64,000 bases of DNA from Bilabrum cf. latius (lineage: Eukaryota). Numbering within the stretch: position 1 is the first letter of the stretch; each line of letters starts with the position of its first letter. The notes under the pieces were generated by a model. The model saw only the letters and a list, made by a program, of their open reading frames with translations. It did not search any database and had not been told where the DNA came from. The position numbers and the translations under genes are program-made. This document shows positions 1 to 13,397 of the stretch, piece by piece. The stretch covers positions 992,001-1,056,000 of the forward strand of contig OZ237744.1 in assembly GCA_965178125.1 (NCBI GenBank), written 5' to 3'.

Positions 1-1655
1 CGGGCGGTGCGGCAGGCCACAGAGGCCATCTCCTCCACTGTCGTGAAGGTGACTGCCGACAAGTTTCGGGCACATCGGGCCGCTCGACCCACCCTGGCGC
101 ATTGGGTGCTCTCTGCAGCGCGCTCTTCGGCATCATCTTTCGTCTCTGGCCTCGGTTCAGTGGATCGGATGCTCTTGAGGCCGCTCTTGTCCTCCCATAC
201 CTGCAGTGCCCTCCCGCCCACCTCGACTGCCCTGACACGGGCGAGGCACGCGCACCCCGCTGCATGCGCGGCAGGCGGTACGGTGTCTCTGCCGCGATGC
301 TCGCTGCGGAACAGAGCCCACCAGCTGGGCTCAATGGTGGCGAGCGTCGCGTCTGCCAGGGTGAGCGCCAGAGTCTGCATGCCAAGGAGGGGCACGTGCT
401 CTGAAGACTCCACCAGCTCGATGCACTCGAGGCACGAGGGACCCGGCAGGTCTAGGCGGTCCACCCACAGCGCCGACACGCCTTCCTGCCCTGCCTCGAC
501 GATGGCCTGCGCCCGCCACCCGTTGATCCTGGCCGCGGCAAGGTAGCCCGGCGACATGCCAAGCGCGTCAAGCTCGAGAGCCTGCCTGTACATCCGGAGG
601 GCGTCCTCGCCGGCACCCATCAGTAGCGCGTTGTCTGCCTGCTGCACCAACCCGCGAGCCGCGAACCCAGCCTTCACGTCTCGGCGCCTGCGGAACCTAT
701 CCGACGTCAGCGGACAGACGTCGTACCCTCCGTGCACCACAGCGGCGCAATCCGTCGGGTCCGTCCCCAGGGCCCTGATCCGCTCCACCCTCAGCTCCAG
801 GATGCTCTGCACGAAGCCTGCCAGGACCAGGTGCAGCACCTCGGCGTCTCGCTGCAGGGTCTGTTCCCCAGGGAACTACTGCTGCAGCGCGGCACTGCTA
901 GTGGAGGCACTCCCTGCGCCGGGTGCCCCGCCATCGAGGCCGAATGCGGCGTCCTCCTCCTCAGCGGTCTGCAGCCTGGCTGCCTGGCCGGCGGTCGACT
1001 TGGTGTACTGTGCATATGATATGTAGTCGCTCGTGGGCGGCTGTGCACTGGCTTGCTCCGGGGTTGTGTCCACAACCAGGCAGTGCGGGCGGATGCCAGC
1101 GAGTGCTGCTGGACCTCGGAGCTGCGCGAGGCCGTTCGGACCGGATGGCTCGGAACCATCGGTGTCAAATAGGCGATTTGCGAAGTCGCACGCCCAAGGC
1201 GAAGCGAAAAAGCTGTCAATGGCTGCGTTGAGATCTTTGACGCGGGGAGCATAGCACACGCCAAGCACCCCAATAAAATTGTCCTCCTCTGGCCAAGGAG
1301 CATCCTGAAAAGATGCCGATATAGGGCCAGCAGAAACTGCAGACTTGCCTGCTGATTGTCCGTCTTTCCATTTGTGCAGGAACTTGCATTGCGACTGAAT
1401 CTGTTGCGCAAATCGAGCCGCCATTGTGTGAGTCAACGGGACGAAATCAATCTCCGTGTTCCCCTCAAACCCATTATATTCTGACAGTGCAGGCACTTTA
1501 TCTGGACTCAGCCCTATGTTCTCGTTCGGAAACGTGCCAACTGCATCCAAAAGACGCAAGCACCTGACTGGAATGTCCGACCCAACTGGTACCACCAATA
1601 CTCGGTTTCGAGGGACCCACGAGCGATTCGGCGATTCAGATAACGAGGACTTCAT
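1..1655 (-). CDS. TRAPPC9/Trs120-like TRAPP II subunit (3' end runs off the window)
   Basis: ATG at 1655; one in-frame TAG (876-878), after which the frame stays open toward the window edge. Motifs VLVVPVG, W...FIGVLGV and RGLVQQADNALLMGAGEDALRMYRQALEL resemble the Trs120/TRAPPC9 N-terminal region (recognised from memory). Confidence 0.55.
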
Positions 1656-1915
1656 CAATTGCACTGAACCATTTGCACAGCGGCAGTATGACTGATTTTC
1701 TACGAACGTTTCGTACTTGCCAATTTTGAAGACGAAGCATGAATTATTTCATGATATGACACGTCGGCAAATTTCTCAGTAGCTGTGTGTGGGTTCGTGG
1801 AACAGATTGCCTTTCGTAAGCTGTAGCAGGCTTGCAATCCCTTGAATCCAAGGCTCCGCTGCGGTTCTTCGGGACGCCTGAGGGGGTCAGTTAGACCGGT
1901 GCTGCGGCCTGTTCC

Positions 1916-3343
1916 ATGTCACATGACGAGTCGCAAGAGCTATTATTGGGCGATAAGCTGAGCAAATCAAATGACGATAGTCATTCGGCTCAAACTCCTA
2001 GGGATGCAAATGCATCAGCATCACCGGGTGAATCTCAATCGACGTGCCAGTTCAGCCTCGGTTGTGCAGGCAGATGGGCCTTTCTAATTGTTATATCTGG
2101 CCTTCTGCTTTTTGTATTAATCGATAGTATAGTTGGTAATGATGCCGGCGGGGTACTCCGATCGTTTTTAGCATGGATCAGAGGCCGTAACTTAGCGGTT
2201 GCGGCCGTGGTGTTCGCTCTAGTGTACACAGTGTGCACCGTGCTAGCGATTCCAGGTTCGATTCTTACACTCGGGGCCGGGTTTATATTTACATAGGCCC
2301 TTTCGCCGGTACAGGGCATCGCAGTTGCAAGTGGGACAGTGTTTGTGGGTGCCAGCCTTGGCGCATACTGCTGCTTTTTGCTCTCTCGCGTCATTTTGCG
2401 AGAATGGGCGTCTGATTTCTTCAGGCAATATTCCATCTTGCGCGCAGTGGAACGGGCCATCGAGAAGTATCCTCTCCGTGTCATGTTCCTGCTGCGGCTG
2501 AGCCCCGTGGTGCCCTTCAACGTCCTCAACTACGCCTCGGGCACGCTGCCGCTATCCCACGTCAGCTACGTGCTCGCCATGCTGGGCATGATCCCGGGCA
2601 CCGTGGTATACTGCGTGGTGGGGTCCTACTTGTCTAGCCTGTCCGAGCTGGCCAAGGGAGGAGGCGGTCCCAGCGGCATGGGTCACGAGAGCAGGCGGAG
2701 GCACCGGCGCGCCACGGTGCTCAAGCAGGTGCTCTGGGCAGTGGGGGTGGTTGCAACCGTGCTTTGCCTCGCACTCATCACATGGTATGCCAGGCAAGAG
2801 CTCTCTGCTCAGCTGGAAGAAGAGGCCAGGGAGAGGGAGGAGGGGGCAGGGGTAGAGGCACAGGGGCAGGGGCAGGGGCAGGGTGGCGGCGGTGGTGGTG
2901 GTGGTGGTGGTGGTGGTGGTGGTGGTGGTGTGGGTGTGGGTGTGGGTGTGGTCGCTGCTAGGCACAGTGGGGAGGGGGGAAGCGAAGGGCAGGGGAAGGA
3001 ATGGTCCACTCGAGGGCAGAACGAGGGAATGGGGGGGCGGGCTAGGTCAGCCGAGGAGGAGTCGGAGTCGGAGGGGGGTGGTGCTGGGGTGCGACTCAAA
3101 GTGCACGTTGAGTGGGGGGCTGTGGGGGCGGGCAGTGGGGGCGCCGCGTCGGGCCGGAGACCTACTGCCTCCCGGGCAAGCAGTAGCAGGACGAGCAGGA
3201 GTGGGAGCATGGAGGGGATTGAAGCCGGGGCCATGGGGCATGCTGGGTCTCGAGCGCCGGTGCTTGCGTCGGCGCATGCTGCACTCGTGAGCCGGGGCAC
3301 TGCTTCTGGCAGAGCCAATCGCACCCACGGCAGCTTGCGGTAA
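1916..3343 (+). CDS. TVP38/TMEM64 (SNARE-associated Golgi, VTT domain) membrane protein
   Basis: ORFs 1916-2296 and 2339-3343 are in the same frame, joined through TAG 2294-2296. Motifs IPGSILTLGAG, LLRLSPVVPFNVLNY, GMIPGT; ends TAA; Gly-rich tail. Confidence 0.88.
2883..2950 (+). repeat. (GGT)n and (GGTGTG)n coding microsatellite (poly-Gly, Gly-Val)
   Basis: Direct reading of the sequence. Confidence 0.9.
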
Positions 3344-3576
3344 CAATACATCTTAAAACTGCGTTTAAATTGTCATTAATAGCGGTCGATGAACTGAGTT
3401 GCCTGATCCACAATTCGGTCTGCATTATTGTAGGTAGCGTGTACTTGTAGATGAAGAAAAAGCCAGAGCGAAATGAACCTCGAAAGGCAGATTCAGTGCT
3501 ATTGTCGCGGCTCTTCCGTATCATGCGCGTTAGATTAGAATGTTTATTTATTGTTTCATCACTAGTATCGCTATCA

Positions 3577-4329
3577 ATGGCTGGAAGTCAGCCAGCTACC
3601 GCTACCGTAAAGTATTCGGTCCCTCTTCCGAAAGCTCCGGTAGGATCATCGATTCCTTTCAGCGAGGCAGCGGCTTCTGCTCATTACTAGACGTCTCAGG
3701 CAGCCACTGCAGCAGGCTATAATATTCATTCTCAGTTTGGCCTTAGCTCGCTGGATCCAAGGCTGGCCGGGTGGGGCCACCCAGCAGCACAGCAGTAGTA
3801 TTCGTCTTCGCAGCTGTCAGTGTAGAATGGATATCCGTACGGGACGGGGTACTCACCCATATTTCACCCGAATTCGGTGCCGATGTTCCCTCAGTTGGCC
3901 CAATTCCGAAGCCTGCGGCACGATGCCGATCGAGCTGATGCTGGTGCTGAACGTGGCGGCGGCCCAATGCGCTTTGCATCTGCTCGCTCCACATTGGGAG
4001 TATCCGCAGAGTCTGGATCAAAGGCTACATCCCAGGCCCGATCCGCAAGCGAGGCGGATGCGGCTCTTGCGCAAGCGGAGAAGGTCCTAGCGGAGGCCCA
4101 GAAGGTGAGCCTGTTGCACCCTCAAACTGGGGAGGCCAAGGCAATCTCTGGGTGGCACAGCGCATACCGCCCCGCGTAGATGCGTGTGATGGGCAAGCAA
4201 GCCATTGAGGCGTGGAAAGAATAGCATGCACGGTTCGTGAGCAGGCGAGCGGGGGGCCTTGGCAAGGATGCCAGCGAGGTGAAAGCCCACTCCACGTCAA
4301 AGCAGGGCAGAGAAGAGGCGCAAGAATGA
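3577..4329 (+). CDS. Hypothetical protein, ~250 aa
   Basis: ATG 3577 to TGA 4327-4329 with only TAG interruptions (3688, 3796, 3823, 4177, 4222), one inside a CAG CAG TAG run; fills the gap between neighbouring genes. Confidence 0.6.
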
Positions 4330-4486
4330 GTTTTTGTTGATCCATAGAACTTGTGGTCATTGTTTTTATCCCGCCTGCACACGGAGCGCCTGGCTCCGTG
4401 CAATGGAAATAACCAGATTCTGCACCTTTCAATAGTCTGCTCGCATCCGTTTGGAAGCTGGTGCATAATCCAAAGTCTGGGTTCAC

Positions 4487-7400
4487 ATGTCGTCGCTAAT
4501 GAGCTTGGGTAGCAGTTTTGTAAAGTCAATGACGGCCTCGACACCGAAGCGTGACGAAAATGCGCCTTCTGGTGAAGTCGTCGGCGATCAGAACGACGGC
4601 TCGCCTGAAATTACATTTTTGGTTCAAGGAAAGCACCGAAAGCCAAAAACTCCAGCAGGAGGAGCACAAGGTAAAAGACGAAAGAAACGTGGAAAATCTG
4701 GAAAAATTCCAGGATCAGTGTCCGGCGGGATGGGCACAGGAGAAACGGGAGGGATTCCTGTAGAAGGGACTGAGAGGCCCACAGACTCTTCAAACACCGC
4801 ACCAGGCCACAGAGACACAAGTGGAATTGCCAGAAAGCACACTTCATCAGCAGTTTTTTCGCCTTTGGCCCAGCGGAATGCGAACTCTAGTTCTCCTGCT
4901 CTTGCGTCGGTCGAAGCTAAGGTCGATTCTGGTCTGAAGAAGCGACCGCGCGCATCGCCGCAGCGATCCCAGCATAGAGCGCCAAGGTCTCCAGAAGAGC
5001 ACCTGGCTATGCTCATGTCAAATCCTGTTTCTATGGAAGAAGATCAGGAAGAGTCCGATTCCAAAATGGACGGGGCTGCCTCACAACCCCCGTCAGGCAG
5101 CTCGCAGGCTGCTTTGGCGGCACTAGGCAGCTCCAAAGGCTCCTCGCCGTCCGCACTATCCAACAAGCCTATTGCTAAGGCTAGTCCAGTCAAGACTAGC
5201 AAAGGGGCAGGCCGGAGCTCTGGCGCATCGACCTCTGGGGCCGAGGACGACCATGTGCATCCAGGGCAGGGACCTTCGCCCGTCAAGAGGTCGGTCCGAT
5301 TTGCCCCTGCGGCCGAGATGAAGTCGCCGCCAGGAACAGCAGTGGCATTCAGCGAGGCCCAGTCCACCCCCTTGCCTGCATCGCCCCCGGACGCCCCGTC
5401 GAGCGGGGAATCCGCCCCCGGCAGCGGAAGCAAGAGGCAGAGCAACAACAAGAGCAAGGGGCAGACGGGCATCAGACGGAAGGGTCCCTGGACCCCAGGC
5501 ATCACGCGGGCTAGGAAGATGCAGGCGGGGTCCACGCCGGGAATCGGAATCGGTCTCAAGAAATCGATCGCTGCCAAGAAGTCCCCCTCGTCATCCTCCT
5601 CGCCACAGGGGCAAGCACAAGGAGCCAAGGAACACCCGGAGATCGGCTCTAGTGCTGCCGGCAGCAAGTTCGCAAGCACAAAATCCGTTTCGTTCGGAAC
5701 GAGCGCTACAGAACAGCCGCCTGCCAAGCACGAGACCGGCACCACCGCGGATGGATAGGAGGCCCGTGTGAAGGCGAAAGCGAAGGCAGGCAGGGTGGTC
5801 TCGTTCCGGTTCAGCGCCGGGAAGGCCCCCCTGTCAGGTCGCAAGCGGTCGACCGGTGCATCCATGCCAACACGCAGCACGCCCTTCCAGCCGAGGCCAG
5901 CAACGGCTTCAGGTGGCAGCAGCAGCAGCAAGGACAAGGGCACTGTCGACAGACAAGGAGGATCAGGAGGTGCACCCAGCGGATCCCCAGCCGCCTCGAT
6001 TGCCTCCTCGTCTTCAGCCGGCACCAGCACCGGCACCGGCACCGGTTCTGCTGGCAAGTCTCCGATCAGGGGATCAAGGAGGGCCCGCCCATCGACGGAT
6101 GGAATCTCCATGAAGCTCTTCCACTCTCCCATGAAGGGCGGCGGGGAGAGCAAGAGCAAGAGCGAGAGCGAGGGCAAGGGCATGTGTATGGCAAAGCGGT
6201 CGCCCGCGCAGATGGCTGCAGCTGGGTGCTAGACGTCCCCCGCACTCGCAGAGCAGCAGCCACCCACACGGTCTCCCGGGACCATCGGCGCAGCAGCCGT
6301 CGCCGGCCGCAGACGCAAGGTCCTCGGAGCCGCGGTGGTTTCCCACGGCGCGGGCAAGCAGCACCTCACGCCCCGGCCGCAGCCGGCCCCCACCCCACCA
6401 ACCCCGGAGGTGCAGGTTCGCACGGTGGAGGTGAAGGTGCCCGTGGGGGTCACCGAGGAGGAGGCCGAGTCCAGGGCACGGGCGCGCGCGGAGGAGGCCA
6501 AGAAGGAGGCAGCGCAGGAGGCCGAGGCTGAGATCGCGCGCCTGCACGAGGCCCTTGTGGCGGCACGCAAGTCCTTCGGCCCCTCCGCCATGGAGAAGCT
6601 CCGCAGAGAACACGGGGAGGCCATCGCGACCGTCAAGAGGCTCCGGGGGCAGAGGGACACGTACGCGACTGCCTGCAAGCAGGCGGCCACGAGGATCAAG
6701 GCCCTGGAGGAGAAGGACAAGGAGTCGCAGTCCGCCCTGGCAAAGGCCCGCACCGAGAAAGAGGCAGCCGGGGCCCGCGCAGACCGCGCCACCGAGGAGG
6801 TGACCTCGCTTCGCAGCAAGACGGTCGAGCTGATCTAGGAGAACAAGGGCCAGGAGGAGGCACTCGAGCGGGCCAGGCGGGCGCAGAGCGAGGCCGAGCG
6901 AGAGGCGGGCTCTCTTCGGTCTGAGCTGCAGGCGGCCAGGGAACAAGCAGAGGCCCGCGCGGCGGAGGCTTTGAAGGCACAGGCCGACCAGAAGCGCCTG
7001 ATGGCGGCACTCAAGCAGGCCAAGTCTATGCAGGAGCAGATGGAGGCTAGGTCTAGAGACGAGGCGGGTGCTCTCAGGGAGCAGCTGGAGGCAGCCTAGC
7101 AGTCGGCTGCCAAAGCCCGCGCGGTCGCCGAGGCAAAGGGCAAGGAGGCGGCCGAGGCTGCGAGAGGTGGCGCGGCTCGTGCAGCCGAGCTTGAGGAGGG
7201 CAAGAAGCATGTGGCGGCGCTCAAGGCAAAGTGCGTGGAGATCGCAAAGGGGCTCAAGGCAGCCCGCACACAGGCGGTGGAGGCTGCCAGAAGGGCGGAT
7301 GCCGCGGAGGGCGCGGCGCGGGAGGCGCAGGAGGCGGCCGAGAAGGAGCTTCAGGTGATGCGGGCCGAGGGCGATCGGCTCAAGGTGTAGCTCTTCGACA

Positions 7401-7534
7401 CGGAGAGGGAGAAGAAGGCGGCGCAGGAGGAGCTGGAGGCCATGACGCAGACCAACGAGGAGCTCATGCAGATGCTGGAGGCGCAGGCAGAGGACGGAGA
7501 GGAGGCGGTGGAGGGAGAGCCGGATTTCGTCTGA
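4487..7534 (+). CDS. Low-complexity Ser/Gly/Pro-rich protein with a long C-terminal coiled coil, ~1015 aa
   Basis: Same-frame ORF fragments joined by 5 TAGs; E/A/K/R-rich heptad region at ~6450-7500; ends TGA 7532-7534. Confidence 0.72.
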
Positions 7535-7825
7535 TTCGCAGGTTCTGTTTGAGCACAACCAGGGCTAGGACGAGGTTAACCCCTGGCTCGACCGTGGAAG
7601 AGGATGAGCAGCTGTGGCGCCTCTCTGCCGAATTGACAAGACAAAAGCTGTGCTAAATCAATCCAATCCATTTACATACCTAGGCAGTGCCTGGTCACGG
7701 GGATACGCCCCTGTAGGCCACCGACAGTGGCGCCCGCACCTGTAACCCAGGTACGGGTGTAAAGCAGACCAGGACCGGTCGGTCGCCAAGGCCGGGGAGT
7801 AGGTGACGCGGTGCGAAACCCCAGC

Positions 7826-9941
7826 TCAGCCAAGCTCCGGGATCGGCACCTCCTAGCTCCATAGCTTGTGCACAAACTGGTATAGCCCCGCGGAGACAGA
7901 CACCTTGTAAGGGGTCGGGTTGAGCGGCCTCATGTGGTCCTCGCGCAGGAGCAGCAGCTGGTCGCCCACGTACTTCTTGAGGTCATCCATGGGCGGCAGC
8001 CGGCACCGTCGGCCCGTGGTGCACTCCACCGGCAGCTTGTCCGCCGCGTCCGAAGATACCTCCCCGCTGCCCGCCCCGCTCGCCGCGCCTGTGCCCGACC
8101 CTTCACCCGCCCCTGCGCCCGGCGACTCGCTGGACTCGCTCTTCTCGGCCGCCGCGAGGAACCCCCCGGACTTGTTCCCCAGCCACACGGGGGCCAGCAG
8201 CGGCATCACGAAGGAGGGCGTCACGTAGACCCTCTTCTTCTCGTCGAACGGGTGCCGGCACAGCATCCTGGTGCCCGCCGCGGGTGCTGCCTCTCCCCTC
8301 GCAATGATCACGTCGAGCAGCGCCTGCGAGTCGCGCCCGATCAGGCGGTAGGCCTCCTTGGAGCCCGGGATGGTGACCTTGGCGATGTCCTGGCTGATCT
8401 TGATGCGGGCGGCCCCGTTGACCTCCACCAGCTTGAAGACCATGCCCAGGGCGGGCTGTGCCTGGCAGGTGACCAGGTTGGTCCCGATCCCGTACACGTC
8501 GATCTCGTGACCCTGGTCGTTGAGCGAGTTGAGCACGGCCTCGTTGATGCTGTTCGAGGCCACGATCTTGGAGCTGCCAGCCAAGGACGCACCGGTGGCC
8601 GTGTCTGCCTCCTTCATCATCTTGCGGGCCTCTTTCGAGAGGTAGGCCAGGTCACCGCTGTCCAGCCGGATGCCCCTCGGGGAGTAGCCTTGCTCTGCGA
8701 GCGCCAGGGCCACTGAGAGAAAGTTCGGCACGCCGCTCTGCAGTGTTTCGTACGTGTCCACGAGGGCGAGGAACCCGTCAGGGAAGGCGAGAGCGTACGC
8801 GATAAAGGCCGCGAGCTCGGAATCGCTTGCGCTGTCAAAGCCGAGCACCTGCCTCCAGGCCCACGCGCGGGCGAGCAAGTCCACGGAACCGTCCTCCTGC
8901 TTCGCGAAGCTCTTGCTCCCCGGGGCAACGCTGCAGCCGGCAGAGTCTAGCTTGCTCGAGTCGGGCGCGCCCTCGGCCGGCTTGCCTGGGTGCTCCGGGT
9001 TATGGGCGAGCACCCTCTGCTTCACGTCGTCCAGGGCCGTGTAGGTCGACACAAAAGAGTGCGCGTGCGTGCCGCGCACGTCCATTCCGAAGGTTTTCCC
9101 AGCCAGCACGTTGGAGGTCGCGTCGAAGCCTCCCATGCTCGAGTACCTGGAGGCCGACATGGCTCCGTCGGTGCCTTGCGCGCGGCGCAGGCCGAATTCG
9201 ATCAGCGTCTTGTCCTTGCCTGCGGCCTGCCGGAACCGGCAGGCGTTCGTGGCCATCAGCGACGCAAAGTTCGTGCAATTTAAGAATGGTGTCTCGAGCA
9301 GCTGGCAGACGAGCAAGGGGCCCTCCACGCGAATCAAGGGCACGCGCGGGAAGACCACGGTGCCTTCTGCAACCGCGTGGATTTGCACCTCGGAGCAATC
9401 CACAGTCGCAAGGAATGCCCAGAATTCATCTTCAGCCTTTGGCAACTTTGTCCTGCGGACACTAGGGCAGGGAGAAGACTGCTTGCCACGTGCTGCGCTG
9501 AAGGTGCGATGGGGTGGCAGTTCTTGCTGCGATACTCACCTAAGGTAGTCGATGTCGCTCTTGGTGATGCTAAATGTTTGAACAAGTCGAAGTGCCTGCG
9601 GATGGTACAGTCAGGATTATGCCGGCGGACGGGTTTTAGTGTATTTGCCACCCATCTGAAGGCCACCGTCATTCTCGCATCAAAGCGTACCTCACCTCTT
9701 CAAGTCCACCGAATACGGTGTACTCTCCTTTAAATGGGTTCTTCCGAAAGAAAAGATCAAATACTGCGCGGTCGTTGTGCTTGCCGTTCTTCCAGTACGC
9801 GTATGCCATCGTAATCTGGTACATGTCGGTGAGCAGCGGCGTCAGGAACGAGCTTGTCGGCGGGGCAGCACCGGACGAGTCAACGTCCTCCCTAGTACCT
9901 GCACCACTGGATGCATCAGATTTGCCAGCCACAGCTGCCAT
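7826..9941 (-). CDS. NAPRT: Nicotinate phosphoribosyltransferase; exons 9941-9696, 9595-9540, 9452-7826
   Basis: [74 protein letters not shown]...GCAG introns join in frame. The conserved tail LWS(TAG)EVPIPELG continues past TAG 7853-7855 to TGA. Confidence 0.95.
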
Positions 9942-10174
9942 GAGACGATTTCGGAGCGGATCAAGTGGCGCTGCAGGAACGAGATCCTTGCGCCACAGTG
10001 CAGTAACTTTTCTGGACAGGCGCACGCAGCTCGGCAGTGTGTGGGGCTATGCGCACGCGCATGGTATATGACAAAAAATGGCGGTATGGGTCACTGGATC
10101 GGCGCATGATCGGTTGGAAGTTGAATACCACACTTAAATGCAAGCGACCACCCGTCTCTCCCAAGCAGCACCGC

Positions 10175-11776
10175 TTACTTGATCATTGTCGCCAGCTTGG
10201 CCTCCAGCTCCCTGACACGAGCCTACGATGCTGCAAGGTGGGCTCTCATCCCTTCCATACTATCCCCCACCGATCGCACCCAACCCAGCTCCGCATCCCC
10301 CAGCTGACCACCATGAGCCTGCAGCACCTTCACGCACTCATTGTGCCCGCCCTGCAGAGCTGCCTGCAGTGGGGTCACCAGCTCACCACCAGAGGAGCGC
10401 CCTTTCCTCTCTAGCCCTCCCGCCAGCTTGCCCAGCCTCAGTCGCTTGCCCAGCTCCAGGGGCCTGCCCTCGCTGGCCATCTGAAACACCATGGCTGCGT
10501 CTCTCCGCGCATCAGCTGCCTGTCTCCACGCCGCCAGGCGGTTGGCCTTCCCGCTGAACTGCCGGATGAAGCGGATCGTGGCGTTGAATCGACAGCGTGG
10601 GATGAGGGGCTTTGTCGCGTCCATTGATACCTGGGTGGCGGATTGTTCTGCATCGTTTAATTTATCCTTCCGGGCCCCCGCCTGCAGCAGCAGCCTAGCA
10701 CATTCCTGGTGAGCTTTGCAGGCCGCGACATGAAGAGGGGTGTTACGATGTGGGCCTGGGGCATTCAGATCAGCTCCGCCTGCAATCAACGCATGGGCAC
10801 ACATTCCGTGCCCAAATTCACAGGCCACAAACAAAGGGGTTGCACCTGACTAGGATCGGCGGTCTACGACGGCTCCTGCATCCAGCAACATCTGCACGCA
10901 CTCAGCATGACCATGCACGCATGCGATGTGCAGCGGTACAAAGCCCCCCTGCTGTGCAGCGTTCACATCAGCACCACTTTCGATCAGTACGCGGGCACAA
11001 TCAGTGTGCCCGAACTCGCAAGCAACGTACAGCGGTGTTGCACCGGGCTTTGATCTGCTGTCCACCACTGCTCCTGCGTCAAGCAGCGTGCGCACACAGT
11101 CAATGTGACCCTGCTGACATGCAACAAACAGCGGTACAGAGCCCCCGCGCATCGAAGCATGCACGTCAGCACCACCTTTGATCAGCTAGCGAGCACACTT
11201 TTCGTGCCCAAATTCACAGGCCACATACAGAGGGGTTGCACCGGACTCGGATCGGCGGTCTACGACAGCCCCCGCGTCCAGCAACACAAGTACACACTCA
11301 GCATGACCATGCACGCATGCAGTGTGCAGCGGTACGAAGCCCCCCTGCTTTGCAGCGTTCACACCTGCGCCTGCGTCTGCGATCACCTTCAAGCAACCAG
11401 CGTGTCCATGCTCGGCAAAGCAGTGAACTGGCGCTTCATGTGCACCATTCTATTTGTTGACATCGACGCCGAACTCTACCAGGGTCGACACCACCGACAA
11501 GCCCCCGCACGTCAATTTCGCTACGATGGAGGTGGCAAGTACATCTTGGTCATCGGTTAAACCTTCGAGTGAGGGCAGAGACGCCCAAACCGCAGCATTT
11601 ATAATCGCAGCAATCGATGCACCAACTTACTAGTAGCACTCACCGGCCACATGTAGTAGCGTGTTTCCTCTGTTGTCAGTCGCATGAGCAAGCGATGGAT
11701 CTGATTCCAGCATCATGGCTGCTTGGTCTCTGTTACCTGTTCTCACTGCATGGATTATACTATCTGCACCTTGCAT
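10175..11776 (-). CDS. Ankyrin-repeat protein; exons 11776-11644, 11520-10175
   Basis: DNRGNTLLHVA, GATPLYVACEFGH, GFVPLHIACVHGH, NTPLHVAA repeats; internal 66-aa duplications; 4 in-frame TAGs; ends TAA. Confidence 0.88.
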
Positions 11777-11927
11777 GGTTATATATAGGCCCAGTAGTGC
11801 TCAATAGTCTCGACGTCCAATGTGGTCGGCGTAGCGCCCAGTGATGAATGGCGACAGCCCCTTTCCTCAGCTCCCACTCAACGAATGTCATCGCGTGCGA
11901 TTTGTCCGGATAATCAACCACGCAACA

Positions 11928-13361
11928 TCAGAGTGACGATGATGGCGAGCAGCCCTCCACTGGGAAGATGGTAGAGTCTGTGTGCGACTCCTTCGCGATC
12001 TCCTCCATAAGCTTCACTACTTCGGGGAACTTGGCCGCCACGTCGTTCGTCTCTCCCCGGTCCGCCGTGAGGTTGTACAGCTGAAACGGTTCATCCTTGA
12101 AGAAGCTCACCGCCTTCCACTCACCGTGTCGGATCGCGTGCCCCCACCCCACGCCCTGCCGACCGTCCACCTGCGCCTCCACCTGCGCCTCCGCGCCGTC
12201 GTCGTCCACCACGGGAGGCAGCGGCGTGTCCGAGTGACGAGTGCAGAACTCCCAGTACCGCGGGGGCATCTGCTTCTGCTACACGGGCTTGCCCAGGATC
12301 GTGGGTGCGATCGACATCCCGTCCACGTCGCTCGGGTACGCCGCCGGTCCCAGCCCCGCCAGCTCCGCCACAGTGGGCATAAAGTCCCAGAAAGCGAAGG
12401 GCACGGCGCTGTGGGCCCCCGCGGGCGTGGTGCCGGTCCACCTTGCGATGCCCGGCGACCGCACCCCGCCCTCGTACAGGGACCTCTTGAAGCCGCGGAA
12501 GGGTCCTGCCGAGTCGAAGAAGTGCACGTCGTGCCCGCCCTCGTTGTGCGCCCCGTTGTCACTGAAGAAGAGCACCAGGGTGTTCTCGGCCAGCCCCTCG
12601 CTGTCGATCAGGTCAGCGATTCGCCCCACGTCCCTGTCCAAGAAATTCGCGATCACGCTGGCGTGGTCTCGCTCCACGTCGGGCCAGGAGGAGTTGTCGA
12701 ACTGGCCGTCGGAGGGGACGGGGTTGCCCGACTCGGCGGTGCCCTGCCACCCCCCCGCGTGGGGGTCGGTGTAGCTGAGGTACACGAAGAACGGCGCGGT
12801 CTCCTGGCCCTTGGCAGCGTCGGCCGCCTGTCTCCTCGCCTCCTTTGTCAGGATGTCCACCGTGCGGTTGGTCCACAGATCGTGCGTGAACCTGCACACC
12901 CGCTGGCCCGACGGGGACATGCAGTAGTCCCTCGAGGCGTTCTTGTTCTCCGGGATGTCCAGCTGCTTCAGATACTTCCGGTCTGCGGGCAGCCGCTTTG
13001 TGCCCTGGATCCTCGGGGCCTGCTCCGGGTCGTACATGCTGTCCAGGCCGCCCTCCGTCTCGAAGATGAAAGTGGGGTACATGTTGTGGCAGTTCTTCTG
13101 GTCGAGCTGCCCGTAGTAGTAGTCGAAACCCTTGGCCATGGGGTCCCCCGTGGAGTTCACCCAGCCGAGGCCCCACTTGCCCGTGTGGAAGGTGCGGTAG
13201 CCCGCCTGCTGCGTGAGCATCTCCATGAAGGTGTAGTCCTGGGGCCTCAGCGGGAGGTCGCGGTCGTCCACGTTGTGGTTGCCTCGGATGTAGGCGTGGC
13301 TGCGAGCGACGAGTGTGCAGCGTGCGGGTGTCATCATGGTTGCGAGGCAATGGCAGGAACA

Positions 13362-13397
<36 letters not shown>

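Noticed and set aside
7380-7500. TACC-like C-terminus in the coiled-coil protein (TNEELMQML)
   Set aside because: Resemblance is too short and generic to assign.
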